Positions 45,956 through 55,714 of a stretch of DNA of 64,000 nt are shown here, piece by piece. The position numbers were made by a program, and so were the translations under genes. The notes beneath the pieces are model-generated. The model was given only the letters and a program-made list of their open reading frames with translations. It ran no database searches and was not told where the DNA came from. Each line of letters starts with the position of its first letter. Position 1 is the first letter of the stretch. The stretch comes from a virus (taxonomy: Duplodnaviria; Caudoviricetes): the IMG/VR virus record IMGVR_UViG_3300005330_000014, positions 64,001-128,000 of that record, one strand, 5' to 3'.

Positions 45956-46669
45956 TTAAGCAACCATTTGCTTTACTTCTTCCAAAAATCTTTGGCTCAA
46001 TGCGTTAGTTTTATAAATCGCTTCGGGGTGCCATTGAACAAAATTAGCTCTGTGGTTTTCATTTTTAATCCATTCAATAATTTTAGGCAGTTTAAGGTCT
46101 TCTCCTAATAAAGCTGTACCTACAATTTCAACCCCATTAGGTAAATGATGTAACTCGCGTGTTAACGGGCGCAAAATACCCATATGGTGCGCGCTATTTA
46201 CGAAATAGTCTTCATGATCGACTTCCACGTAATGGCAAAATTCAGCTTCATCATCTTCTAGTTTAATCCCGGCCCCGCTAGGAGAATGACAAACCGTACT
46301 ACCGCCATAATTAATATCAGTTAGTGTCAATTTAAGGAAGTGAGAACAATATAATTGGAAATTACGACAAACGCCCGCGATTGGTTTGCCCAATTCAATG
46401 AACTTATTCATTAAGTAAATTTCACGAATGTCACGCTTACGATCAAAATTGTCCATATTTTCACATTTTAATAGTGGGCTGCCGTAAGTAGCGGGAAAAA
46501 TATCTCGTCCACCGCCGCCAAAATAAATATCCGCCCGCTCTGCCCAATAATCTAAATTGGCAGTATCGTCGTGAGTTACATATACATAATTCCAACCGAA
46601 ATACTTTTCAAGCATTTCATGAATATGTTTAGTGAAAATAGATGGACCGGTAGTTAGAGCGAGAGGCAT
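45956..46669 (-). CDS. class I glutamine amidotransferase, peptidase C26 family
   Basis: GGGRDI.P..YG, RD..E, GVCRNFQ, VNSAHH, QWHPE. Confidence 0.88.
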   Translation of the reverse strand: MPLALTTGPSIFTKHIHEMLEKYFGWNYVYVTHDDTANLDYWAERADIYFGGGGRDIFPATYGSPLLKCENMDNFDRKRDIREIYLMNKFIELGKPIAGVCRNFQLYCSHFLKLTLTDINYGGSTVCHSPSGAGIKLEDDEAEFCHYVEVDHEDYFVNSAHHMGILRPLTRELHHLPNGVEIVGTALLGEDLKLPKIIEWIKNENHRANFVQWHPEAIYKTNALSQRFLEEVKQMVA

Positions 46670-46752
46670 ATAATTTAATTGTATGGTTGTTGCAGTTAGC
46701 TATTTAGTTGATTTTAGTTTATGTATTTAGAGAGTTAGGAAAGAAAAGATAT

Positions 46753-47649
46753 TCATCCAGCGTATTCGATTAATTTAGCATGTTTTTCGATAAAGTCAAG
46801 GTTTTCTTTCGAGTCTTCATTTTCTAAATTAAATTTCACACGAATTTTAGATACCTCGCACAAAAATAGAGCCTTATAATTATTGTTATAATCTTCTAAG
46901 TAGAAATATTGTGCGCCTAAGTCATGCGAAAAATTATCTCTGATTTGATCGACATTAATAGACCAAATTTGTTTGATTAATTCAATGTTATGGGTATAAA
47001 GTATTGAAGCTCGATATTTTTGGATAAATTTCTCTGGCGAGGTATATAATAGATTGTGATTATACACACTTCCTCTTTGTCGCTCACCCTCCCAGCGGTA
47101 CTTGACTAAGCCAGTAATAAAACTAGTCATCGCAGGGCTACTAATATAAATCGCGGGGCCGGTTAAGTGAAAAGCCGCCCATTCTTTAGTTTTTTCATCA
47201 CTTGTAATTATTGCGGTATATTCGGGGAATTCTTTAAAAATTAAATCTTCTGAGCAATCTAACAGAGATTTTAATTCATTAAGACGCGCGATTTCACTTT
47301 TAATTCTATCAATTTCAGAAGTTTTACAACAAACTAAAATATTAAGCTTAGAATAATCTGGCTGGAAATCCGTGCGCGTCTGAAATCCTTTTTCGTAATA
47401 ATAGTGAAAACTTTTAAATATTTCGGGATTATAAAAAATTGCGTTAAAAATGCCACGGCAAGAACGCGGCCAAAAATTATCAGTTACATTATTGATATCC
47501 AACCACGAAAACAATACTGGATTATAATTAGAATTCAAGGGAAATGTAGATGAACGACGCGCCGGATTATACTTAGTTATATTGTCTGAGTCAGAAATGT
47601 AAACACCTTTGAAAGTTGATTCAATTTTCTTTTTTAATTCTTCGTCCAT
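46753..47649 (-). CDS. hypothetical protein, distant member of the CRxxF paralog family
   Basis: SCRGIF...SSPAMTSFITGLVK. Confidence 0.7.
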   Translation of the reverse strand: MDEELKKKIESTFKGVYISDSDNITKYNPARRSSTFPLNSNYNPVLFSWLDINNVTDNFWPRSCRGIFNAIFYNPEIFKSFHYYYEKGFQTRTDFQPDYSKLNILVCCKTSEIDRIKSEIARLNELKSLLDCSEDLIFKEFPEYTAIITSDEKTKEWAAFHLTGPAIYISSPAMTSFITGLVKYRWEGERQRGSVYNHNLLYTSPEKFIQKYRASILYTHNIELIKQIWSINVDQIRDNFSHDLGAQYFYLEDYNNNYKALFLCEVSKIRVKFNLENEDSKENLDFIEKHAKLIEYAG

Positions 47650-47751
47650 AATGATAAATGATTATATTAAGTTAATACTTAGTTATTTAGTTAAAGTTTT
47701 TGGAAGCCGCCGGATTCATTAGTAAAATAAACATCTTTGATGGAATAGTGA

Positions 47752-48147
47752 TTAGTTGAAATTGATTTCTTGGAACTCCCCATTTTTGTCTGTAGCAAAT
47801 ACTCTTTTAAAGTTTAACGAAGTAATAACACGGGCACAGAACTTGCATGGACTTGAAGTATTAATTTTTTCATTTCTATCTACTCTAACGACAGCCATTG
47901 TATAACCCGTGTAATCTTCTCTACGGCCACGCAATATTGCCATCAATTCAGCATGACAACCGCAATCTTCATAATAATTATATTCTATATTTTTAGGATG
48001 GCTTTGTTTCTTATTATGAGCCAGAGAAATCATTTTCCTCTTATTATAAATTGCGGCTACGTGGAAACAACGGCTATCCCCACGCATTTCGGGAGCTAAA
48101 GCTAATGCAATTTCTTTAAGTTTTTCAAGATTTTTAGGAGAATTCAT
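47752..48147 (-). CDS. cytidine/dCMP deaminase-fold Zn protein
   Basis: HAE...SSPCKFC. Confidence 0.85.
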   Translation of the reverse strand: MNSPKNLEKLKEIALALAPEMRGDSRCFHVAAIYNKRKMISLAHNKKQSHPKNIEYNYYEDCGCHAELMAILRGRREDYTGYTMAVVRVDRNEKINTSSPCKFCARVITSLNFKRVFATDKNGEFQEINFN

Positions 48148-48184
48148 TTTTATTTAGTGTAAATATATAACAACACTACTATTT

Positions 48185-49231
48185 ATGATAATATATACCA
48201 AAGAATTAGCAAATCAACTTGTAGAGCTACAGAAAAATGTATCTTTTAAGGAAGCAAGAAAAATTTTAAATATCAGTTACTATCAAGCTAGGAAATTATT
48301 AATAAAATTTGGATTTAAAACCGTTCAAAAAAATAAGCCTTTAATCCCCATTCAAGAAAATTACTTTGAAATTATTGATACCGAAGATAAAGCTTATTTT
48401 TTGGGATTTATAGGGGCAGATGGGTGTATTAATGATAAACACGCTTTATCTATTCACTTACAAAAAGACGATCAGATTATTCTAAAGCAGTTTTTGCATT
48501 ATACAAATAGCCAACATACTATTAAATTCGGAAAAACTAAGAACACAACCAGTTCTTTTCCTGATTTTTTTGAGTGGGCTATGATTTATATCTCTAGGAA
48601 AAATTTCGTACAACATTTATTACAATTGAATATTACCCCTCGTAAGAGTCTCACATTAATTCCTCCGCCAGAAAATAGCATTCCCAATCATTTAATGCAT
48701 CACTTTATAAGAGGTTACTTCGATGGAGATGGCGGGGCTTATTTCAATAGTAACAGTAAAAACATTAAAGGCAAAACTTTATATCAATTTAATGGCTCTT
48801 TCACGGGAACCAAGGAAATGTTAACTTATATTGAGTCGTATTTACATCAACAAGAAATAAAAACTTCTTGGACCAAAAGAATGAAAGATAATTCAAACAA
48901 TTATACTTTATTGATACATGGTAATATACAGGGAACTAAACTATACGAATATATGTATCAAAATCATACAATATGTTTAGACCGTAAATTAATTCTATTT
49001 AAAAAATGTAAAGATATAGCAGAATCAGTTATTAACAATAGAACAAGTAAATATAGATTTATTACAAAATATCCTTCCATTAAGTCTCCTTGGTCTTATC
49101 AATTTAAAATTAATAAAAAGAAATATAGCGGATATGGAGCAACCGAAGAAGAATGCAAAAAGAATCTTAATGCAAAGTATTTGGAAATATCTGGAATAAA
49201 TTTAGGAGAGGGGCTGCGTAGCTTAATTTAA
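48185..49231 (+). mobile_element. free-standing LAGLIDADG homing endonuclease with N-terminal HTH and C-terminal AP2-like segment
   Basis: KAYFLGFIGADG and HFIRGYFDGDG; opposite strand to all neighbours. Confidence 0.9.
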
Positions 49232-49233
49232 TA

Positions 49234-49494
49234 CTAAGAGTATTCCGAATCAGCCAATATTTCTTCATTTAGAAACTCTTCAATTTCCGGCGCTTTTTCA
49301 TCTATATACTTAATTATATCATTCCCTTCACTATCGCTCTGAGGCTCAACTCCTAATCTAGTTTCGCGGGCATCTACTACTTGAACAGCGGAAAGTAATG
49401 CCAGCCATCGTGACAATACTTTTGGTTTCTTCAAGATTTCTCTAGTTAATGTTTCTGCTTGTTGTGGAGAATAAGGTTTTTGATGCTTGCCCAT
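49234..49494 (-). CDS. hypothetical protein
   Basis: ORF track; co-oriented. Confidence 0.7.
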   Translation of the reverse strand: MGKHQKPYSPQQAETLTREILKKPKVLSRWLALLSAVQVVDARETRLGVEPQSDSEGNDIIKYIDEKAPEIEEFLNEEILADSEYS

Positions 49495-49590
49495 AATTAT
49501 AGATTTTTATGTTACTAAATGACCAATTAGTTAATTTATTAATTTAGTTAAGTTAAATCTTGGGATAGAACCAAGAAATTAGTTAATTTG

Positions 49591-49965
49591 TTAGACTAGT
49601 GTTTCGCCGTTTGCTTCCGCCGCAACGACAATACGGCCCAAAGCTACCTTTAAACCATTACGACGATTAAAGCAATCAGGTTTACCTTTTTTAGTAGTAG
49701 CTTTAGCAGTGGCTTTATATTCTTGTCCCGATTTACTAGTTACTTCAACTTGCGTAAATCCACCATGACTTAAAATAATCGGGCGGACTTCGGCAAGAGT
49801 AGGAGTTTTCAAAAATTCATTAAACTTACCATGTTTAATATGAACTAGTCTAGTAGTTAGAAGGCTCTTAACGTCCGCAGGGTTATGAGATACCCTTCGG
49901 AAGTGTGCGACTCTGACTTTATGACCAGCAGTTCTGAGTTGTTGTACTGTGATGTTATGTTTCAT
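49591..49965 (-). CDS. conserved phage hypothetical protein
   Basis: GG.T.V...DCFNRR.G.KVALGR pattern. Confidence 0.75.
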   Translation of the reverse strand: MKHNITVQQLRTAGHKVRVAHFRRVSHNPADVKSLLTTRLVHIKHGKFNEFLKTPTLAEVRPIILSHGGFTQVEVTSKSGQEYKATAKATTKKGKPDCFNRRNGLKVALGRIVVAAEANGETLV

Positions 49966-50022
49966 ATACTTATTATACTTATTGGTTTATTGGTTAGTTA
50001 CTTGGTTACTTGTTTGTTTTGT

Positions 50023-50880
50023 TTATTCTAGTGATTTTTCAAAATCTTCAACTACATGAGCAAATTTATTGAGTATTTTAGTTTGCATTTTAGGTGTAAG
50101 CAAAAAGAACGCGGAACTAAATTGACGATATTCTAAAGTGGTAAATCCTTTAGGTTCCTGCGAGTGATATTTCATTCGATAATCTCCTTTGACTGCAAAT
50201 TTAGTAGTTCTTAATTCCTCTTTTTCAGAAATGCCAGCGGGTAGACTTTCCGGGAAATAAGTATCATAAACTTTATCTAATTCTTTGATCAATTCATTAG
50301 TTTTGTCTGGTGCATAAATCCCTTCAAATATTTTTGAGGCAATTCTGTTGTCGCAAAATTTAATATGAATATGAAAGCCAGCCGAACGGAAAGTTACTTC
50401 CTTATTAGGTTTTTCGTATTTATACTTTGAATCAGGGGTTCTTTTACCCGTATAAGCATTATAAGTAGGCTTTTTACTGGAATAAACATTGCCCGGATCA
50501 ATAAATGAATATTCAGATTTATCTACATAAGGAGTTAATAAAGTTTCATAACCATACAAAGTAGTAAGATAATTACGCACAATTTTCAACCAATGATTTA
50601 GAGTATCTACAGCTAATCCCGATTTCATCGAAGCATGGCAAGCTATTTCTTTGCCAACAATTTCAAAAGCAGTCCCGTCCGCAATAATATTGAAAAGGTT
50701 GTTAGATTGCAGTACAGGATTAATATCCAAATCCATTGGCGCAAAGGGATTACCCTTATTTCCAAGTAACAATTTATCTGTTTGTAGATAATTCGCAATC
50801 AATTTAGTAGCATTGAATATCTGCTTTGGCTTTGAATTTGCCAAAAAGAATTCAATTTCAAATCCGTAGTTTAAGCTCAT
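50023..50880 (-). CDS. phiEco32-like COOH-NH2 ligase type 2 (divergent copy)
   Basis: GFEIEFF, DGTAFEI, RSAGFHIH, GDYR, LEYRQFS. Confidence 0.75.
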   Translation of the reverse strand: MSLNYGFEIEFFLANSKPKQIFNATKLIANYLQTDKLLLGNKGNPFAPMDLDINPVLQSNNLFNIIADGTAFEIVGKEIACHASMKSGLAVDTLNHWLKIVRNYLTTLYGYETLLTPYVDKSEYSFIDPGNVYSSKKPTYNAYTGKRTPDSKYKYEKPNKEVTFRSAGFHIHIKFCDNRIASKIFEGIYAPDKTNELIKELDKVYDTYFPESLPAGISEKEELRTTKFAVKGDYRMKYHSQEPKGFTTLEYRQFSSAFFLLTPKMQTKILNKFAHVVEDFEKSLE

Positions 50881-50902
50881 AATATGAATTAGTTAATTTG
50901 TT

Positions 50903-51520
50903 TTATTGGACAGTTTCTGTATCTACAGCAGTTTCAGGCGGCTTAATTAGCCATTTAGTTAAAGATAAAGTGTCGGTGGGTTTCTTTTTGAAATAATTAA
51001 CAAAACCTCCAGCCTCCCATCCGCCCACGCCTAACGATTTAACTGTTTGCACAGTATAACCATCCATAAAATGTAGGATTGCCGGAATTACTTGCCGCGC
51101 CAAATCATACGCCTCCAAAGCCGCTACAAAGTTATCATTTGCATTGGCATAATAAACAGCCGCCGCGCGGAGGAATAAAGTAAACATACCCCGACGAACG
51201 GCACTACTCGCCCAAAATGGGGAAATTTCCAAAATAATACAATTTACAACATTCGTATTATAAATAACAATTCTTTCCTCTTCAGGAATATTTAATTTAA
51301 TTTCGCGGTTTCTGAAAAACTTATCGATTTTTTCGATATCAATCCCAGTTTTATTAAATCCAACAAATCTGGTATTTTTATTGAAAGAATAACCAAAACT
51401 TTCCCGGCAAGTAAAACATGCTCCGCCCTGATTTGTTTTAATAGAATAAGTAAAGAAAGCTCCTTGATTATAACCGTATGGAGCCACTGATTTTAAATGT
51501 AACGTTTCTTTGGAAATCAT
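50903..51520 (-). CDS. CRxxF paralog family protein
   Basis: TCRESF...SPFW...FTLFLR...AI..F..G. Confidence 0.8.
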   Translation of the reverse strand: MISKETLHLKSVAPYGYNQGAFFTYSIKTNQGGACFTCRESFGYSFNKNTRFVGFNKTGIDIEKIDKFFRNREIKLNIPEEERIVIYNTNVVNCIILEISPFWASSAVRRGMFTLFLRAAAVYYANANDNFVAALEAYDLARQVIPAILHFMDGYTVQTVKSLGVGGWEAGGFVNYFKKKPTDTLSLTKWLIKPPETAVDTETVQ

Positions 51521-51589
51521 AAAATTATAAAAACTATAACGATTAACTACTTTGTTTAATTATTTTTATTTATTTAATCTTAACTATAA

Positions 51590-52255
51590 TTATTGATCAG
51601 TCGTTTTGCTTAAAAAAGCAGAGAAAATCTCCGGTAATCTATCACGGTTAGCACAATTAATTATTACATTACTAAATCTAGAAACAAACCTTGCTCCAGT
51701 TATCCCCATAGTATTTGGATCAAACGCCATTTTAGTAGGATGGATATTACCTTCCAAAAAGAACATGATTGCCGGGACTACTTGGGCGGCTAACGGATAA
51801 GCTTGTAACGCTTCCTCAAAATTTCCGCCGTGAGCCGTTTTTGGGTAGAAAATCGCCGCGCATCTCAAAAATAACGTAAATATTGCTTGAGTAATTATAT
51901 TCTGCATCCAGAACGGATCAATCTCCAAAACAATAAAATTAGGAATATCTGTTTTATAAATAACAATTTCTTGTATTTCAATTCCCGCTTTTCTCAATTT
52001 CGCCTCGCGGCGCATAAAAAACTGATTAACCTTTTTAATTCCTTCTTCTCCTAAATTTTTACTGTGCCATGCAATTCGTTTGATTTCTGGCTTTAAAAAT
52101 GAAGCAAAATTCTCGCGACAAGTGCATAAATGAATAATTCGACTATTATCATCCAGCATCATAAAATACCCGCCACTATAAGTATCTCCTTCCCGATTGA
52201 AGGTTTGGGCATAGTAACCATCATTAACTACTGGAATTACTTGGTCAGTTATCAT
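51590..52255 (-). CDS. CRxxF paralog family protein
   Basis: TCRENF...DPFW...FTLFLR...AI.FFLEG. Confidence 0.8.
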   Translation of the reverse strand: MITDQVIPVVNDGYYAQTFNREGDTYSGGYFMMLDDNSRIIHLCTCRENFASFLKPEIKRIAWHSKNLGEEGIKKVNQFFMRREAKLRKAGIEIQEIVIYKTDIPNFIVLEIDPFWMQNIITQAIFTLFLRCAAIFYPKTAHGGNFEEALQAYPLAAQVVPAIMFFLEGNIHPTKMAFDPNTMGITGARFVSRFSNVIINCANRDRLPEIFSAFLSKTTDQ

Positions 52256-52377
52256 AATTCAATTTTAATTTAATGTTTGAGTATTTTTATTTTCTTGTTC
52301 TTAAGTTCTATGTTTCTACAACGTCTATAAATCTTATCAAGTCTTATAATTTCTGTACATGCAATGGTCGGTTTTCC

Positions 52378-52406
52378 ATAATAAGGCCGCGCGATGAATC
52401 TGTCAA
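52378..52406 (-). promoter_or_regulatory. sigma70-like promoter
   Basis: TTGACA-N17-TATTAT; CGCGCGG in the spacer. Confidence 0.75.
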
Positions 52407-52448
52407 GAACTTTTTTCAAAAAGTTTTACTCTAGAAAATCGGGCGGAT

Positions 52449-52925
52449 TTACTTTAATTTGTCCACGCGGATTAATTCGGGATTTTCAAAAATATTCCCG
52501 ACAATCTCTAATCCCATATATTCAACTACCTCTTTCAATATTTCTTTAATTGATTGTTCGGGGTAAATCCCTGTTGCGTCATGTATTTTTTGTTTATAAC
52601 CAATAGCCGCGCGGCCAAGCATCAAACCAAATCCGCAAAAATACTTTTCTCCAGCTCCAAACTCACAACTTACATCGTCAAATTGAACAGGTGTTTTACC
52701 ATTTAAACCAACACCACATTCAGCATTACATTTAAGTAAATCGCCCTCATAAATCTCTTTATTGTTTTTATCTAGTAATCCAGTGAATTGTTGAATTACG
52801 AATTCTTCGTGTTGCTGACCGTTTGTGGTTAGTTGATATAACTCTTGGAAATCCGCAGGAAAGTACATTAACGAATTACCTTCATAATTATCAAAACACC
52901 AAACTCTAAATTTAATTGTTTTCAT
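52449..52925 (-). CDS. YopX-family protein
   Basis: IKFRVW...QFTGLLDKNNKEIYEGD...EIVGNIFENPEL. Confidence 0.9.
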   Translation of the reverse strand: MKTIKFRVWCFDNYEGNSLMYFPADFQELYQLTTNGQQHEEFVIQQFTGLLDKNNKEIYEGDLLKCNAECGVGLNGKTPVQFDDVSCEFGAGEKYFCGFGLMLGRAAIGYKQKIHDATGIYPEQSIKEILKEVVEYMGLEIVGNIFENPELIRVDKLK

Positions 52926-52937
52926 AGTATTTAAAGA

Positions 52938-53336
52938 TTAAAGATTTGGATACTTAGTATTACCCGATTTGACGGTATTAAATGAATCTTGAATATAACA
53001 AACTAAGTAAGAGTCATAATCTAATTTATGAAGAGTTGCAAGAGTGTTGAAATAGTAACTGACTAATTTCTCTTTTTTAAAGGCACAAGATTTAAAGTTG
53101 CGCCCGCGAATTGCCGCCGGAATTTCTTTATAATCATTATAAACTAGTAAAGATAAATAAAACTTGTCATGGTCGCTAATACTTAACTTACTAATTTTCC
53201 TTTTATAGTCTAAAAACTTAAGTAATTGTTTTTTAACTCCGTCCCAATTTGCGCCCGAATTAGCTTTTAAAACAATTAAAGCCGCCGGAATCCGGGGACG
53301 TTCCTGATTCTTATTTTCAATTTTTTCAGCTTTCAT
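52938..53336 (-). CDS. hypothetical protein
   Basis: ORF track; co-oriented. Confidence 0.7.
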   Translation of the reverse strand: MKAEKIENKNQERPRIPAALIVLKANSGANWDGVKKQLLKFLDYKRKISKLSISDHDKFYLSLLVYNDYKEIPAAIRGRNFKSCAFKKEKLVSYYFNTLATLHKLDYDSYLVCYIQDSFNTVKSGNTKYPNL

Positions 53337-54141
53337 ATTTTTCTCTATATTTTTTCAAAAATTCATTAACTAATGCTTCAGGGAATTCCTGACGTTTAGC
53401 CGCCGCGAGCATCTTATCTAAACTATCATAATCATTACCCGGGGATGAACGCCATGATCGTGCGGACTCAATTCTTTTACCTTCCGTTTCGTCTCTTACC
53501 CCGATCCAGCCATGACCATCTTTATTAAAGGATATTTCATAATAAATTCGATTTACAGCTTTTTCTCCGCCCTTATAAGAATAAGGCGACCATCTAGCTA
53601 AAGTGAATTTTCCATTAGGCCACCGGATATTCTTGCCTGCAAGCTCGCATTCAATATTATTAATATCTTCTAATTTAGCCCAAAATCTTAAAGTTTTCTT
53701 ATTTTTACCTTCACCCTTGACCCATTTAAAAGTAACTGAAGAAAAATCGTTCGCGCCCTTTCTAATATATATTCTATCTACTTCTAGTAGTGTTCCAGCG
53801 GGAATTGTAACTGAATAAAATTTGCCACGTTCTTTTGATTCCAGTTCTCTTTGTTGGGCAGCAAATTTCTGATAAGCTTCCCAATTAGAATCTTGAACAG
53901 TTGTTTCATGGATAATTGTACAACCATTGCTAAATGGCTTAGATTTTCTAATCGTTTTGATTTTTGAATAAGCTCCATTATATTTAATTCTAAGTTTATC
54001 GGCTTTTTCTTTATATTGTTTATATCCATCGGGAAGTAATTCGTCCAACAGTGTTTCATTTCTGGACTCTTTATACAAAGGAAACTTCCACGGTTTACTT
54101 AATTGAATTTGAGTAGTTAGTTCGGGGATATAAAGTTTCAT
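53326..54141 (-). CDS. hypothetical protein
   Basis: Start moved to MKLYIP; IDRIYIRKG..DFSS.TF-type motif. Confidence 0.75.
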   Translation of the reverse strand: MKLYIPELTTQIQLSKPWKFPLYKESRNETLLDELLPDGYKQYKEKADKLRIKYNGAYSKIKTIRKSKPFSNGCTIIHETTVQDSNWEAYQKFAAQQRELESKERGKFYSVTIPAGTLLEVDRIYIRKGANDFSSVTFKWVKGEGKNKKTLRFWAKLEDINNIECELAGKNIRWPNGKFTLARWSPYSYKGGEKAVNRIYYEISFNKDGHGWIGVRDETEGKRIESARSWRSSPGNDYDSLDKMLAAAKRQEFPEALVNEFLKKYREKYES

Positions 54142-54151
54142 AAGGTTTTTA

Positions 54152-54424
54152 TTATTTTTGTTTATCTTTAAATGCTTGACGCGCTTTGTCATACTCTTCT
54201 TTAGTTGCTAATTCGACAGAATGTTCATGGAAATTACTTTCTACTGCATTACCCTCATAAGAATACCACATACTACCTAAACCAACATATCCTTGGGTTT
54301 TAGGATAACCATTTAATGGTTGAGAGATTTCTCTGATTTGACAAAAATGCACAGGGCAGCATCCATAAGGAATAACTTTAATATAATCCCCGATTTTGAA
54401 TTTGCTTTCTATAGTTTTGTTCAT
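54152..54424 (-). CDS. hypothetical protein, KOW/SH3-like
   Basis: KFKIGDYIKV; start moved to MNKTIE. Confidence 0.65.
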   Translation of the reverse strand: MNKTIESKFKIGDYIKVIPYGCCPVHFCQIREISQPLNGYPKTQGYVGLGSMWYSYEGNAVESNFHEHSVELATKEEYDKARQAFKDKQK

Positions 54425-54508
54425 AGGTAATTTAATTCTTGATAGCAAATTAATTAGTTAAACGAAAAGCCGCCGGGTATGGATATGATTGATAAGAGAG
54501 GGTCAACC

Positions 54509-54538
54509 ATATTACCACGGCCCGGCGGATACTGTCAA
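54509..54538 (-). promoter_or_regulatory. sigma70-like promoter embedded in a long hairpin
   Basis: AAATAAATC-TTGACA-N18-TAATAT with extended TG. Confidence 0.7.
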
Positions 54539-54624
54539 GATTTATTTTTTAGAATTTTTCGATTTCTTTTTGGGATTTATTTTACTCGATTAAATCAACG
54601 AACTTCACTCATCTATCTTATTTG

Positions 54625-55038
54625 CTAGCGTTTATTTTTAAATTCCTCAAACCATTTGTCTAGCTCAAGGATGCGTGGATAGACATACTCCAATTCAAAA
54701 CTAATCAATTTAGATTTTTTATCTCTAACGTCTTTTCTGATAGTTAAATATTCTAAATCTAAATCCATGCCCGCGAAATTAATATAATTAAGAGTTATAG
54801 GTGCGGCCATTAATAACTTTTGATATTCTAATGTGTTCCAATTTTTGGAATCTTGGTTGTAAGGCTTTAAAGTATTTTCTTGATATTTCTGATGGGCGGC
54901 ATTTTGTTTGCGGGCGTTATCCCAAAGCTCGAATAAATCAATTTCGGCAGCTTCCTTGGATTCGTATTCAAACGGCAGGGTATCCGTAGCTCCCCAAGTA
55001 TATTTATCACCTATTTCATATAAAAGGACTAGTTTCAT
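54625..55038 (-). CDS. hypothetical protein
   Basis: ORF track; co-oriented. Confidence 0.75.
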   Translation of the reverse strand: MKLVLLYEIGDKYTWGATDTLPFEYESKEAAEIDLFELWDNARKQNAAHQKYQENTLKPYNQDSKNWNTLEYQKLLMAAPITLNYINFAGMDLDLEYLTIRKDVRDKKSKLISFELEYVYPRILELDKWFEEFKNKR

Positions 55039-55068
55039 ATTAATTTTTAATTTGTGACAGAAATTCTA

Positions 55069-55389
55069 TTAATCTTTCAGTTTTTTTATTTTGTCGCTCG
55101 CAAACATATCTGTCAAAGGGTGATTATGTGTTCTATCTGATTTGTCTAAAATAATCATATTATTGTAAACATAATTTCTCATTTGGGCGTATTCTCTATC
55201 TGCGTCTCGATAAAAATATACTAAAGTTTTGCCGGTTGTACGACTCACGCTGGTAGATAAAATCTTAAAACCGCGCTCATTATTGTCCAGTAATAATTGA
55301 TAACTTCTAGGGCCGACTCCGATATCCCGCAAATCTTCTAGAGATAATGAAGGTTTAATCCTAAATTTTAATCCGGGTTTTAGGTTCAT
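55069..55389 (-). CDS. hypothetical protein with C-terminal HNHPLTDMF tag
   Basis: Motif at 55102-55128. Confidence 0.75.
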   Translation of the reverse strand: MNLKPGLKFRIKPSLSLEDLRDIGVGPRSYQLLLDNNERGFKILSTSVSRTTGKTLVYFYRDADREYAQMRNYVYNNMIILDKSDRTHNHPLTDMFASDKIKKLKD

Positions 55390-55397
55390 AAATAGGT

Positions 55398-55703
55398 TTA
55401 TAAAGATTTAGATTTTATGTAACTTAATTCATATCTAGGATGACCCACCGAGTAACGATTAAAACAACTGTAATTTGTGCCCGCATAGAACACAAACTGT
55501 AACCATATAATTTTGCCATTAGTTATTTTTGTAGGCAAGAAAGCAAATCTATAAAATCCCTGCGCGGCTTTATTTTCATCATTTAATCCGGTTTTACGAA
55601 AATGCTCAATTTGTTCACTTAATTTCCGAAAAACAGGAACAGCATTAAAATCAAACAATCGTAAAAACTGCGCGCGGCTTTTAATTTTAGATTGCTTTTT
55701 CAT
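55398..55703 (-). CDS. hypothetical protein
   Basis: ORF track; co-oriented. Confidence 0.7.
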   Translation of the reverse strand: MKKQSKIKSRAQFLRLFDFNAVPVFRKLSEQIEHFRKTGLNDENKAAQGFYRFAFLPTKITNGKIIWLQFVFYAGTNYSCFNRYSVGHPRYELSYIKSKSL

Positions 55704-55714
55704 ATATTTTAATT

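Noticed and set aside
48185-49231. Group I intron hosting the LAGLIDADG gene
   Set aside because: Flanking genes are complete, the ORF is on the opposite strand, and there is no room for intron core elements.
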